Shown here in pieces: positions 55,182 through 64,000 of a stretch of 64,000 nucleotides of DNA. The stretch spans positions 1,167,126-1,231,125 of the forward strand of contig OZ244140.1 in NCBI GenBank assembly GCA_965216175.1, read 5' to 3'. Position 1 is the stretch's first letter, and every line of letters starts with the position of its first letter. Position numbers and translations under genes: made by a program. This DNA comes from Balneola sp. (GTDB lineage Bacteria; Bacteroidota; Rhodothermia; Balneolales; Balneolaceae). Below the pieces are notes generated by a model. That model ran no database searches. It saw only the letters and a list, made by a program, of their open reading frames with translations, and had not been told where the DNA came from.

Positions 55182-58126
55182 AAACACTGAAAAATATCAT
55201 CGTTCCAATATTAGTTATCTTTTTTTGGAATAAGATTTCAGTAGCACAAAATACACATATCAATACCGAAATTGGTTTTTCGTACTTTAAAGCTTTTAAA
55301 CCGAATGACTATGAACCCAAGAATTGTTATCCAAAACTTGATAAGTTTGATTTTTCGGATTGTGGAACTCCCAGTAGCCAGAACTGGGTAATAACTCAAG
55401 ATAGTAGTGGCATAATTTATGTAGGGAACTCCAGTGGTCTACTTTGGTACAATAGTTCAGACTGGAATTTCTTACATATGCCTAATCAAGATGTTGTTAG
55501 ATCTATTATTTATGATAACAGCACTTTATTTATAGGTGGGCAAAGAGAATTTGGCTTTCTTGTCTCTGATTCTTTAAATGTCAGTGAGTATAAATCACTG
55601 GTTGAAAACTTACCAGAAGGCTTGAAGGACTTTACAGATGTATGGCAAATTAACAATTATCAAAAAGTCACTTATTTTACTACTAGGGAGGGGGTATATA
55701 AGTTGGAAGATCATTCCGTTGATAAGCTAATTGATGAAAATATTTATAAGTCTTATTTGGCAGGTAATAAACTTTTAGTTTCTAAATATGATTCTGTAGG
55801 AGGCTTATTTGAACTGGAAGGTGATTCTTTAACTTCAGTTGATGAAAGAAAATTTTTTCATAAAAAATATGTATCCGGATTTCAAAAACTTAATGACGGT
55901 AGTTATTTACTTGGGACATTTAGAAGTGGTGACCTATATAAATATGATGGTCAAAATTTTCAGGTTTTTCAAACTGAGATCAAAGACAGTCTCGAACTAG
56001 GTCTACTGTCTGGGATTGATACTTTCTCAAATGGATATTTGGCATTTTCTACTAGATATCGAGGTATTTTTATTACAAATAGTAGAGGTGATTACATTAA
56101 AACCATAGACAAAAGCCATGGTATGCTAAGTAATAATGTTTATGATATTTATATAGATAATGAAGATAATTTATGGGCTGCTCAGGATGGGGGAATTAAT
56201 AAAATACAAGCTCTTTCCCCAATTACTTTTTTTGATAATCAACCTGAATTACAAAGAAGAGTTACATCAATACAGAGATTTCAAAAAGAGCTATACATAG
56301 GAACCAAAGAAGGTTTATTTAAGCTCAAAAACGAAAAGCACAATTCAAGTTATTTAGAAGAAACTTCTGTAGAACCTATTAATGATCTATTAGAATCGGA
56401 AAATGAGCTTTTAGTTGCCACAAATCAGAATCTCTATGTTTATAAAGGGCAAATACTGTATTCAGATAAAGTTTTTCATCTTTCAAAGTCTAAAAGTGTA
56501 GATAACAGAATTTATGCAGTAGCAGAAAATAGGTTACTAATTATTGAAAGAGGAAGCGATAATAGGTTGATCATACAAAAGACAATTTATCTTGATGAGC
56601 TAAGAGAACTTTCTAAATTGATAGAGTTTAACAGTGATGTACTATATGTTTTTTCAAGTACTGCTGCTGCGGTTCATAGAATAGAGCTTGAAACAGGTCG
56701 ACAAAATATCACAAAAATAGAATTAAAAAGTAGTTACGGAAATAAGATTCAGGACATTTCTTTAATTAATAACGATCTCTACGCAGGCACCGATAAAGGA
56801 TTACATATTTTCAATTCAAAGATAAACGGTTTCGAAAAAACAGATTTTCTTTTCGATAGTATTGACAAGCAAGTTTCTTTTATTGAATTAGATAAAACAG
56901 GTAGAATTTGGACTAGATTTGATAAAAAAAATATTTCCGCTACTCTGAAAAATAATAAGTATGTGTTAACTACAATTCCGTTTACTCAAATTAATGAGTA
57001 TAAATTAAATGAGGTTTATGTTGAAGACAATGGGATAACCTGGTTTGGTACTGAAAAAGGTTTATTTCATTATGACCCTACAATTCAGTATCAATATAAA
57101 ACCGGTTTCAAAACCAATATCACAGGAATTTATGTAGAAAATGATTCTTTGATATACGGAGGCTTTGGCGAACCGAATAATCCAATAGTTCTTCCTTACA
57201 AGGATAATGAACTGAGGTTTTCTTATGCTGCTGCAAGTTATATTGATGAAAGCAGGAACACCTATCAATATAAACTAGACGGATATGATCAAAACTGGAG
57301 CAACTGGAGTTTAGAGACTCAAAAAGATTATACTAATCTTCGGGAAGGGGAATACACTTTTATGGTTCGTAGCCGAAATGTGTACGAAGTGGATGGTAAG
57401 GTTGATACAATTCGTTTTTCTATCCTGCCTCCTTGGTATCGTACATGGTGGGCTTATAGCTTGTATGCTATATTTTTTGCAGGTTTTTTATATCTGGCCT
57501 ACAAAGTCCGACTTAATCAAATTTTAAAAGTGCATCGGGTTCGCAATCGTATAGCGGATGATTTACATGATGACATTACCGGAACTTTGGTAGGTATAAG
57601 TAATTTTGCCAATGCAGCTCAGATAACTAAAGATGAAGAATCAAGAAAAAGATTTATCGATCTTATAAAAGAAAATGCGGATGACACCAAAGAGAAAATT
57701 ACAGATATAGTTTGGGCAATAAATCCTGAACACGATGATTGGAAAAGCTTTTTGGCAAAATGCAGGCGGTATGCCTCAGATATGTGCGAATCAGTAAACA
57801 TTGAATATGATTTAGCTATTGTTGAAAATATTCATACAAAGCTAACTATGGAAATCAGGCAACAACTTTGGATGGTATATAAAGAATTGATTACAAATGT
57901 AATTCGGCATTCTGATGCAACTCATTTAAAAGTAATTTTAAAAGAAACGGAGGGAATATTAGTACTTAATGTAACAGATAATGGTTCCGGTTTTGATAGT
58001 AATTCTACAGTAGATGGAAATGGAGTTCGTAACATATATAAACGGAGCGAAAAAATTAAAGCAAAGGTTCAGTTACTATCCAATGAACAATCCGGTACTC
58101 AATGGGAAATAAAAATCCCTTTATAA
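55178..58126 (+). CDS. Sensor histidine kinase (beta-propeller sensor, Y_Y_Y domain, TM, HisKA_3, HATPase)
   Basis: YQYKLDGYDQNWSNW...YTNLREGEYTFMV, PPWYRTWWAY, IADDLHD and DNGSGF...GNGVRN motifs. Confidence 0.92.
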   Translation: MKTLKNIIVPILVIFFWNKISVAQNTHINTEIGFSYFKAFKPNDYEPKNCYPKLDKFDFSDCGTPSSQNWVITQDSSGIIYVGNSSGLLWYNSSDWNFLHMPNQDVVRSIIYDNSTLFIGGQREFGFLVSDSLNVSEYKSLVENLPEGLKDFTDVWQINNYQKVTYFTTREGVYKLEDHSVDKLIDENIYKSYLAGNKLLVSKYDSVGGLFELEGDSLTSVDERKFFHKKYVSGFQKLNDGSYLLGTFRSGDLYKYDGQNFQVFQTEIKDSLELGLLSGIDTFSNGYLAFSTRYRGIFITNSRGDYIKTIDKSHGMLSNNVYDIYIDNEDNLWAAQDGGINKIQALSPITFFDNQPELQRRVTSIQRFQKELYIGTKEGLFKLKNEKHNSSYLEETSVEPINDLLESENELLVATNQNLYVYKGQILYSDKVFHLSKSKSVDNRIYAVAENRLLIIERGSDNRLIIQKTIYLDELRELSKLIEFNSDVLYVFSSTAAAVHRIELETGRQNITKIELKSSYGNKIQDISLINNDLYAGTDKGLHIFNSKINGFEKTDFLFDSIDKQVSFIELDKTGRIWTRFDKKNISATLKNNKYVLTTIPFTQINEYKLNEVYVEDNGITWFGTEKGLFHYDPTIQYQYKTGFKTNITGIYVENDSLIYGGFGEPNNPIVLPYKDNELRFSYAAASYIDESRNTYQYKLDGYDQNWSNWSLETQKDYTNLREGEYTFMVRSRNVYEVDGKVDTIRFSILPPWYRTWWAYSLYAIFFAGFLYLAYKVRLNQILKVHRVRNRIADDLHDDITGTLVGISNFANAAQITKDEESRKRFIDLIKENADDTKEKITDIVWAINPEHDDWKSFLAKCRRYASDMCESVNIEYDLAIVENIHTKLTMEIRQQLWMVYKELITNVIRHSDATHLKVILKETEGILVLNVTDNGSGFDSNSTVDGNGVRNIYKRSEKIKAKVQLLSNEQSGTQWEIKIPL

Positions 58127-58137
58127 CCGGCATATTT

Positions 58138-58153
58138 CTACATGTTTATGTAG
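58138..58153. promoter_or_regulatory. Palindromic operator-like site 2
   Basis: CTACAT-GTTT-ATGTAG, about 43 nt upstream of the response-regulator ATG. Confidence 0.6.
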
Positions 58154-58195
58154 GTCATTAAATTTCCAAAAATCGTACAATAAACTTAAAAGAGA

Positions 58196-58843
58196 ATGGA
58201 TAAGTTAATTAAAGTAGGGATAGTTGAAGATAATCAGGGAATGAGAGAAAGCTGGGAGCTATTTATTGACGCCGCCCCCGATATGGTTGTTTTGGAAACT
58301 GCACATTCGTGTGAGGCTATGCTGGAGTCAAAAGAATTGCAAAAATGTGATTTATTAATCATGGATATTGGTTTACCGGGAATGAGCGGAATTGAAGGAG
58401 TTACCGAAATTAAAAAAATACATCCTGATATGTACTTTATTATGGCAAGTGTACATGATGATGACAGCTATGTATTTGAAGCATTAAAAGCCGGAGCCAT
58501 TGGCTATCTGATGAAAAAGGTAACACCTGATGAATTGGTTGAAGCGATACGGGATGCCATTAATGGTGGTTCGCCGATTACACCAAATATTGCAAGAAAA
58601 GTAATAGAGACTTTTCATACGGTAAGACCAAAAAGTAAAGAAAATGAGCTAACTGAAAGAGAGCTTCAAATCCTTAAAGAGTTAGCTACCGGAAGATCTT
58701 ATGCTGCAATTGGCAAAGAAATATTTCTATCAATAGATGGAGTACGACATCATATTCGTGGAATATATCGGAAATTACAGGTGCATTCGCGTTCGGAGGC
58801 TGTATCAAAAGGAATTTCTCACAAACTCATAAAACCTTCATAG
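58196..58843 (+). CDS. NarL/LuxR-family response regulator
   Basis: IVEDN and MDIGLPGMSG receiver motifs; LTERELQIL...HIRGIYRKLQV LuxR HTH. Confidence 0.94.
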   Translation: MDKLIKVGIVEDNQGMRESWELFIDAAPDMVVLETAHSCEAMLESKELQKCDLLIMDIGLPGMSGIEGVTEIKKIHPDMYFIMASVHDDDSYVFEALKAGAIGYLMKKVTPDELVEAIRDAINGGSPITPNIARKVIETFHTVRPKSKENELTERELQILKELATGRSYAAIGKEIFLSIDGVRHHIRGIYRKLQVHSRSEAVSKGISHKLIKPS

Positions 58844-58845
58844 AT

Positions 58846-59391
58846 ATGGATAATATTAAGCAGTGGCTCACGCTGGGAGTTGGTCTTATAATTGTTGTTA
58901 TGCTGGGAATTCAAATGTGTAACGGACCTGTGTTCACTAGTTTTGAAGTTACTCCGGTTGCTCCTGAAAATGACAACGAGCAACAGGGAATCAGGTATTA
59001 TCAGCCTATTCCATTATTGGTAGTGCCTGAAAATAATGAGTCGTCTAAAATTATTTGGATGCCTAATTACTCAAAAGCTTTTGCCATCGAATACGAGCCA
59101 GGTATTTTTGGATCTTCAGCCATAGAAATAGAGCTTGAACAAGGCTGGATGTTAACATCTTTAAACGGAAAAGCAGATCAAAAAGGAACTAATCTAATCA
59201 CAGAACTCGGTAAAATATCCGGTAACGTATTTTCACAGACCGATGAAATGTTTCTAAATGCTAAAACAGGTAAGGTTGAAAAGAATACGTCTGATAGTAC
59301 TGTTGTGAGTAAACTAACTGCAGGTATATACCGGATTGTAATTTCTGATAGCAGTTTTAAACTTGTCAGCTTGAATATTTCAATGAATTGA
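58846..59391 (+). CDS. Hypothetical membrane-anchored or exported protein
   Basis: N-terminal TM; GIRYYQP and GWMLTSLN motifs. Confidence 0.65.
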   Translation: MDNIKQWLTLGVGLIIVVMLGIQMCNGPVFTSFEVTPVAPENDNEQQGIRYYQPIPLLVVPENNESSKIIWMPNYSKAFAIEYEPGIFGSSAIEIELEQGWMLTSLNGKADQKGTNLITELGKISGNVFSQTDEMFLNAKTGKVEKNTSDSTVVSKLTAGIYRIVISDSSFKLVSLNISMN

Positions 59392-59471
59392 TTTTTATAA
59401 GCTGATCTTTTACCAAATTTTCTTTTTTAAAAATTTCTCTGCTATACCGGCATGTAGTAAGTTAGTCGGAA

Positions 59472-59489
59472 ACCACATTGTCATGTGGT
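59472..59489. promoter_or_regulatory. Palindromic operator-like site 3
   Basis: ACCACAT-TGTC-ATGTGGT, about 58 nt upstream of ATG 59547. Confidence 0.7.
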
Positions 59490-59546
59490 GTATTTATTTA
59501 AGGCTTACTACACATTTCATGGAATCCAAAAACTAACTCGGGTACC

Positions 59547-60548
59547 ATGAAAACTTCACTACTATTTCTAAGCTTTTTATTCTTAACAGCAACAGCTTTT
59601 GCACAAAATACACTCATCGTTGATAATACAGGTAGCGCACCAACCGGCGACCACATTTATACCGATTTACAGGAAGCTATTGATGCCGCTCAAGAAGGGG
59701 ATATTATTCAGGTGATGCCGAGTCCGAATAGTTATGGCAGTATAATTTTTGAAACCGATATTACAGGAATAACTATTTTTGGGAGTGGGTATTTGCCAAA
59801 TAATATTGGAGTAAGTCAATTGGGAACAGTAATAGTAAAAGGTGATGAAATTAGAATTTCTGGATTTGAGATTTCCTCACTAGATATTGACTCTGAGTCT
59901 GCAACTGATAAAGCTTCAAATATTTTTATAGAAAATTCAGAGTTGAATCGGTTACAAGTTTTTAATGCAGCTTCAATTGTTTTTAATAGTTGCTTTATTA
60001 ATCCAGCTCTAACATCTGCAGTTTATCCTGATTTCCATCGTAGCTCGTCTGGTATTGTTATATCTAATAGCGTAATCTTAGCACGTTTTGATAATTTTAA
60101 CAATACAGAGGCCATTAATTCTATTTTTGCGTCATCTAATGGTATTGCCAATGATATATCTGGAAATACCTTTAAAGACAACATAATTCTGACTTCTATA
60201 CAAAGTAGCTCGGATAATCAATTCATAAATAATTTTTCAATTGTTCAGCTTTCAATTGGGATAGATGGTAACACAGGCTCAGATAATATTATTGATGAAA
60301 ATGCAACAGTAGAGAATGTTTTTGAAACTGATGGAACAAACTGGTTAAACGAGTTTAATCCAAATTTACCAGAAGGTAGTAGTTTAATTGGTGCGGCTTC
60401 GGATGGTTCAGACTTAGGTGTATTTGGTGGATCAAGCCCATACAGTCAAACAGGAATTCCTTTACCATACATCCAAGAACTCATTGCTCCACTCACCATT
60501 AAAAAAGGATCTGATACAGAAGTCACCATAAAAGCAAAAGGCAATTAA
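59547..60548 (+). CDS. Secreted right-handed beta-helix-like protein
   Basis: Signal peptide (AFA|Q); LQEAIDAAQEGDII, N/I-rich coils and GSDLGVFGG motifs. Confidence 0.7.
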   Translation: MKTSLLFLSFLFLTATAFAQNTLIVDNTGSAPTGDHIYTDLQEAIDAAQEGDIIQVMPSPNSYGSIIFETDITGITIFGSGYLPNNIGVSQLGTVIVKGDEIRISGFEISSLDIDSESATDKASNIFIENSELNRLQVFNAASIVFNSCFINPALTSAVYPDFHRSSSGIVISNSVILARFDNFNNTEAINSIFASSNGIANDISGNTFKDNIILTSIQSSSDNQFINNFSIVQLSIGIDGNTGSDNIIDENATVENVFETDGTNWLNEFNPNLPEGSSLIGAASDGSDLGVFGGSSPYSQTGIPLPYIQELIAPLTIKKGSDTEVTIKAKGN

Positions 60549-60581
60549 GCCTCATATTTAAAATTTTAAAGGAGGTTTATT

Positions 60582-63500
60582 ATGCAATCTAATCATAGGT
60601 CAGGATTATTTCATAGTCACTCAGAACGAGGTTTACAGAGCTTTAGCGGAGTAAGCCGAAGTGAAGAGTCTTCACATCTAAATAAATGGCTTACCAAAGT
60701 AGTGCAGATCCTTCGCAAGTATGCTCAGGATGACGTCTTTAAGAGAGTTAGCTTTTGGATTATCATGTTGGTATTCATAAATGGGAATATTCAGGCACAA
60801 AGTATTACCGAGTTAGAATATTTCTTTAATGCAGATCCGGGAGTTGGCGCAGCTACATCGCTTAGTACTTTTACAGCAAGCGAAGAAATTACCTTTACCG
60901 GAGATTTAGAAACTACATCGCTTAACAGGGGAATTCATACGCTTTTTATCAGAGCAAAAAACAGTGATGAAGAATGGGGACTTCCTATCAAAAAACTGGT
61001 ACTGGTTGATGCGGGTGAAATAGTAGAAGTAGAACAACTGGAATATTTTTTTGATTCAGATCCCGGAGTTGGACAAGCAAATTTGTTATCGGTTACATCA
61101 GGAACTGAAATTGATCTCACAACAAACTTGTCAACTAATTCATTAACAGAAGGGATTCATACGCTGTTTATTCGTGCTAAAGCAGTAGCAGGAGGCTGGG
61201 GACTTCCCATTAAAAAACTGATTTTGATTGATAAAGATGATCCAAATACAGTAAGTATAATTACAGAGGCAGAATACTTTATTGATGCCGATCCGGGATT
61301 CGGAAACGGAATTTCTATCGACCTTGAGGACGGTACAGAAATCGAAGAAAATATCGAACTAAATACTTCAGAACTGAGCGAAGGAAATTACATCGCTTTT
61401 ATAAGAGTAAAAGATGAAGATGGAGAATGGAGTTTAATTGCTAAACAAGCTTTTGAAGTTGTTGATCCTTTAATAACCATTGCAGAAGCTCGAAGCTTAG
61501 AAAACGGCACGGAAGTTACGGTAAAAGGGCTAATCACCAGAACTTCTAAAAACTTTGTGTATCTGCAGCAAGAGCAGTCCGCATTGATGATTTTCAGCAA
61601 CGAATCTTCCAGTACCGATTTCTTTAATTCACTTCAGGCTGATTCTTTAAATGAAGGTGATTCTTTATTGGTAACCGGTTCGTTAGCTGAGTTTGAAGGA
61701 CTTAAAGAAATATTAGATGTCACTGAGTTTTTAGTTATTTCATCAGGGCATGATTTGCCTGAGTCCCAGGAAGTTACAATAACTGAAATTATAAATAATG
61801 CAGAAAGTTATGAAAGTGAGATTGTGTATGTGCGTGATTTAGAATTTACAGGAAATTCGTCAGGTGCTTTTGCATCTGCAACCTTTTATACGGTTCAGAA
61901 AGAAGGAACTGACAGTACCTTTTTATTTTTTGTGCATGGAACCGGTAACAGCGAGATAGTCGGAGAGTCCATTCCACAAACTACATTCGATTACGAAGGG
62001 ATTCTAAAGCAGGTTTTAGCAGAAGGGGATTCCATGTATGTGCTAGCACCACACAATCCCACAGATATTACAAATGTTGCGGCTCCGGTTTATCCTACAA
62101 TCGCAGAAATACGGGAATTACCTTTGGGAGAAGTAGTAACGGTAAAAGCGTTGGTAACTAAAGCGAAGGGAAGATTTGCTTATATCCAGCAGGATACCAC
62201 TGCTGTGAATATGTTTAACCCGAGCGGCACCTTTTTTGATGCCATTGCGGATGGATCAGTTAAATCCGGTGATTCGCTTATTGTAACCGGAGAGGTTTCT
62301 GAGTTTTCAGGATTACGACAATTGAATAATGTGTCTGATTTTGAAATTCTTTCCTCAGGAAATGATTTACCTGATCCCATTTTCTTAACAATGGATGAGT
62401 TGGTTTCATCCGGTTATAAATATCAGGCAGAGCTGGTAAAATTAGACAGCTTATTTATTACAGAATCAACAACGTTTAACTTTGGCATTGGCTATGAGGT
62501 CTTTCAAAGAAACAGTTCTTCATCTGCGCAATTGTATATCCCTAATTCCGGGGATACAAATTTAGAGGAAGTACTTATTCCTGAATTATTCAGTTACGAA
62601 GGAATTTTAGGGCAATTTGATCCAGATGGAAATGAGACTGGGCATCAGTTACGACCAATCAATCAAGAGGATATTATTGAACTAGTACCTCCCGTTGAGA
62701 TTACAGCAATTACTTTTAAAGTAGATATGTCGGTTCAGGTTGATAACGGAAGTTTTAACCCCGATTCTTTGACAGCACAAATAGCCGGAAATTTCACAGG
62801 ATGGAGCACTCCGATTGATATGCAAATTGTTGGTGATCAAAATTATGATGTAAATCTACAATTTTTTGACCCTGTTCAGGGAGATACCGCATTCTATAAG
62901 TTCGTATATACAAATAATGATTCCATTATATATGAAGACCCAGATCCCGAAATTTCTGCTGTAGCCACTGAATTTAATAACAGATTCTATGTATTTACCG
63001 GTCAAGAAGCAGATACTGATGGTGATGGAATAAAAGATGTTATGCTCGATCGTGTATTCTTCAGCGATGATGATGGAAGCATTCCGTTAGGAGAAAGTAT
63101 CTCTGTTTCAATCGATTCCGTGTTTGCATTTATAACTGATACTATAACAATCCCTGTTTCAATTTCAGGACTGGCCGAATTACCAATGGAATCTATGGAA
63201 ATAGAATTTAATTTCAATTCGGGCTTTATAGATATCGAGATTGCAGAAAATCAGACAGGTACCATTCTAGAGAACTTTCTGTATGAATCTTCTAAACCTG
63301 TGGATGGATCGTTAATTGTCTCTGGGGCAACCACTACTGCGGTAGAAGAGGATGGAGATTTATTATTTTTAAACATATTTCCACAGTCTGCTGGTACCGG
63401 CGGAATTGAAGTAACAAATTTAAAGATAAATGAGGATGCAGAACTTAATAATCCAGCGACAAATTTCATTTCTATTATAGAAAGACTGTGCGGAGATGTT

Positions 63501-64000
63501 ACCAACGATATGACCGTGAGCACGCTGGATGCTTCGTATGTGCTTCGGCATACAGTTTTACTTGCCCCTCAATACCCTCTGATGGGATTGGACTCACTAG
63601 CCGCTGATGTAACCGGAAACGGAGATATAAGTGCGTTTGATGCTTCCAAAATCCTTCAATTTGAAGTAGGTTTTATTGACAATCTAAGCTGTAAACCCAT
63701 CAATGCTAAGAAAAAGCAACTATTTACCAAAGCAAATTGGAATATGGTTGAATCAAATAATGATCTTAAACTTAACATTGATATTTCAGCCACTGACTTT
63801 GATGTTTATTCAGCTCAGCTGGAACTGGATATCTCTGCTGAATTTTCTTTCAATGGAGTGAAAAACGTACCTAAAAACTGGCAGGTTATCACTAATAAAG
63901 TAAATGGGAAAACTAAAATTTCAATGTTTGGAATACAGCCTTTAAAACAAAAAGAGCTGGAGATTTCAATTCGTAAGAATAATGAATTCCTGAATTCGAA
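60582..64000 (+). CDS. Large secreted modular protein (3x EYFFDxDPG domains, 3x OB-fold-like modules, CBM20-like, cohesin, dockerin); 3' end runs off window
   Basis: Not in ORF track. GGAGG RBS at 60571, ATG 60582; frame spot-checked at RLCGDVTND (63483) and at the window end; dockerin motifs GDVTND...LDASYVL and ADVTGNG.ISAFDAS.IL. Confidence 0.85.
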   Translation, partial: MQSNHRSGLFHSHSERGLQSFSGVSRSEESSHLNKWLTKVVQILRKYAQDDVFKRVSFWIIMLVFINGNIQAQSITELEYFFNADPGVGAATSLSTFTASEEITFTGDLETTSLNRGIHTLFIRAKNSDEEWGLPIKKLVLVDAGEIVEVEQLEYFFDSDPGVGQANLLSVTSGTEIDLTTNLSTNSLTEGIHTLFIRAKAVAGGWGLPIKKLILIDKDDPNTVSIITEAEYFIDADPGFGNGISIDLEDGTEIEENIELNTSELSEGNYIAFIRVKDEDGEWSLIAKQAFEVVDPLITIAEARSLENGTEVTVKGLITRTSKNFVYLQQEQSALMIFSNESSSTDFFNSLQADSLNEGDSLLVTGSLAEFEGLKEILDVTEFLVISSGHDLPESQEVTITEIINNAESYESEIVYVRDLEFTGNSSGAFASATFYTVQKEGTDSTFLFFVHGTGNSEIVGESIPQTTFDYEGILKQVLAEGDSMYVLAPHNPTDITNVAAPVYPTIAEIRELPLGEVVTVKALVTKAKGRFAYIQQDTTAVNMFNPSGTFFDAIADGSVKSGDSLIVTGEVSEFSGLRQLNNVSDFEILSSGNDLPDPIFLTMDELVSSGYKYQAELVKLDSLFITESTTFNFGIGYEVFQRNSSSSAQLYIPNSGDTNLEEVLIPELFSYEGILGQFDPDGNETGHQLRPINQEDIIELVPPVEITAITFKVDMSVQVDNGSFNPDSLTAQIAGNFTGWSTPIDMQIVGDQNYDVNLQFFDPVQGDTAFYKFVYTNNDSIIYEDPDPEISAVATEFNNRFYVFTGQEADTDGDGIKDVMLDRVFFSDDDGSIPLGESISVSIDSVFAFITDTITIPVSISGLAELPMESMEIEFNFNSGFIDIEIAENQTGTILENFLYESSKPVDGSLIVSGATTTAVEEDGDLLFLNIFPQSAGTGGIEVTNLKINEDAELNNPATNFISIIERLCGDVTNDMTVSTLDASYVLRHTVLLAPQYPLMGLDSLAADVTGNGDISAFDASKILQFEVGFIDNLSCKPINAKKKQLFTKANWNMVESNNDLKLNIDISATDFDVYSAQLELDISAEFSFNGVKNVPKNWQVITNKVNGKTKISMFGIQPLKQKELEISIRKNNEFLNS
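60616..60734. repeat. REP-like imperfect inverted repeat inside the 5' end of the CDS
   Basis: Left arm GTCACTCAGAACG...GTGAAGAGTCT; right arm AGATCCTTCGCAAGTATGCTCAGGATGAC. Confidence 0.7.

Noticed and set aside
1420-63523. Numerous 60-190 aa ORFs antisense to or nested in long genes (e.g. 6255-6824, 36034-36477, 45619-46020, 47446-47883)
   Set aside because: Shadow frames of well-supported genes, with S/L/F-rich composition and no motifs.

Overview
AT-rich (~36% GC by eye) bacterial chromosomal window. Gene content and style (lipoproteins, DUF5723 barrel, BatA/DUF58, propeller-Y_Y_Y kinase, cohesin/dockerin protein) suggest Bacteroidota/Balneolota, probably Balneolaceae; this is inference. 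Housekeeping genes: a LacI regulator, crtB, accC, murQ, plsC, tRNA-Ser(GGA), pncA/pncB, lpoB, mscS, mfd, batA, an M23 peptidase, recO and degP/htrA. There are three accessory regions. (1) 17.6-21.5 kb: a rearrangement hotspot between convergent mscS and mfd, with a 296-bp direct repeat, orphan 3' ends of both genes, an unannotated 6-Cys secreted peptide, a beta-propeller lipoprotein and a MauE/DoxX pseudogene split by an IS1595-family (IS1016-like) element. (2) 29.6-50.7 kb: a 21-kb DUF11 operon (159, 914, 2403 and 3409 aa, plus a receiver protein). Its termini read as split DUF11 domains: C-terminal acceptor domains keep Lys and Asp but lack the Asn strand, and N-terminal donor hairpins supply that strand. 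This suggests a self-crosslinking surface fibre with tip, shaft, outer-membrane anchor and chaperone, and is the top candidate for an undescribed system. (3) 53.7-64 kb: a two-component locus with a shared ACCACAT-N4-ATGTGGT palindrome, a Nal1-like protease, a beta-helix protein and a large cohesin/dockerin protein running off the window. All family assignments come from motif recognition by eye; no database search was run.
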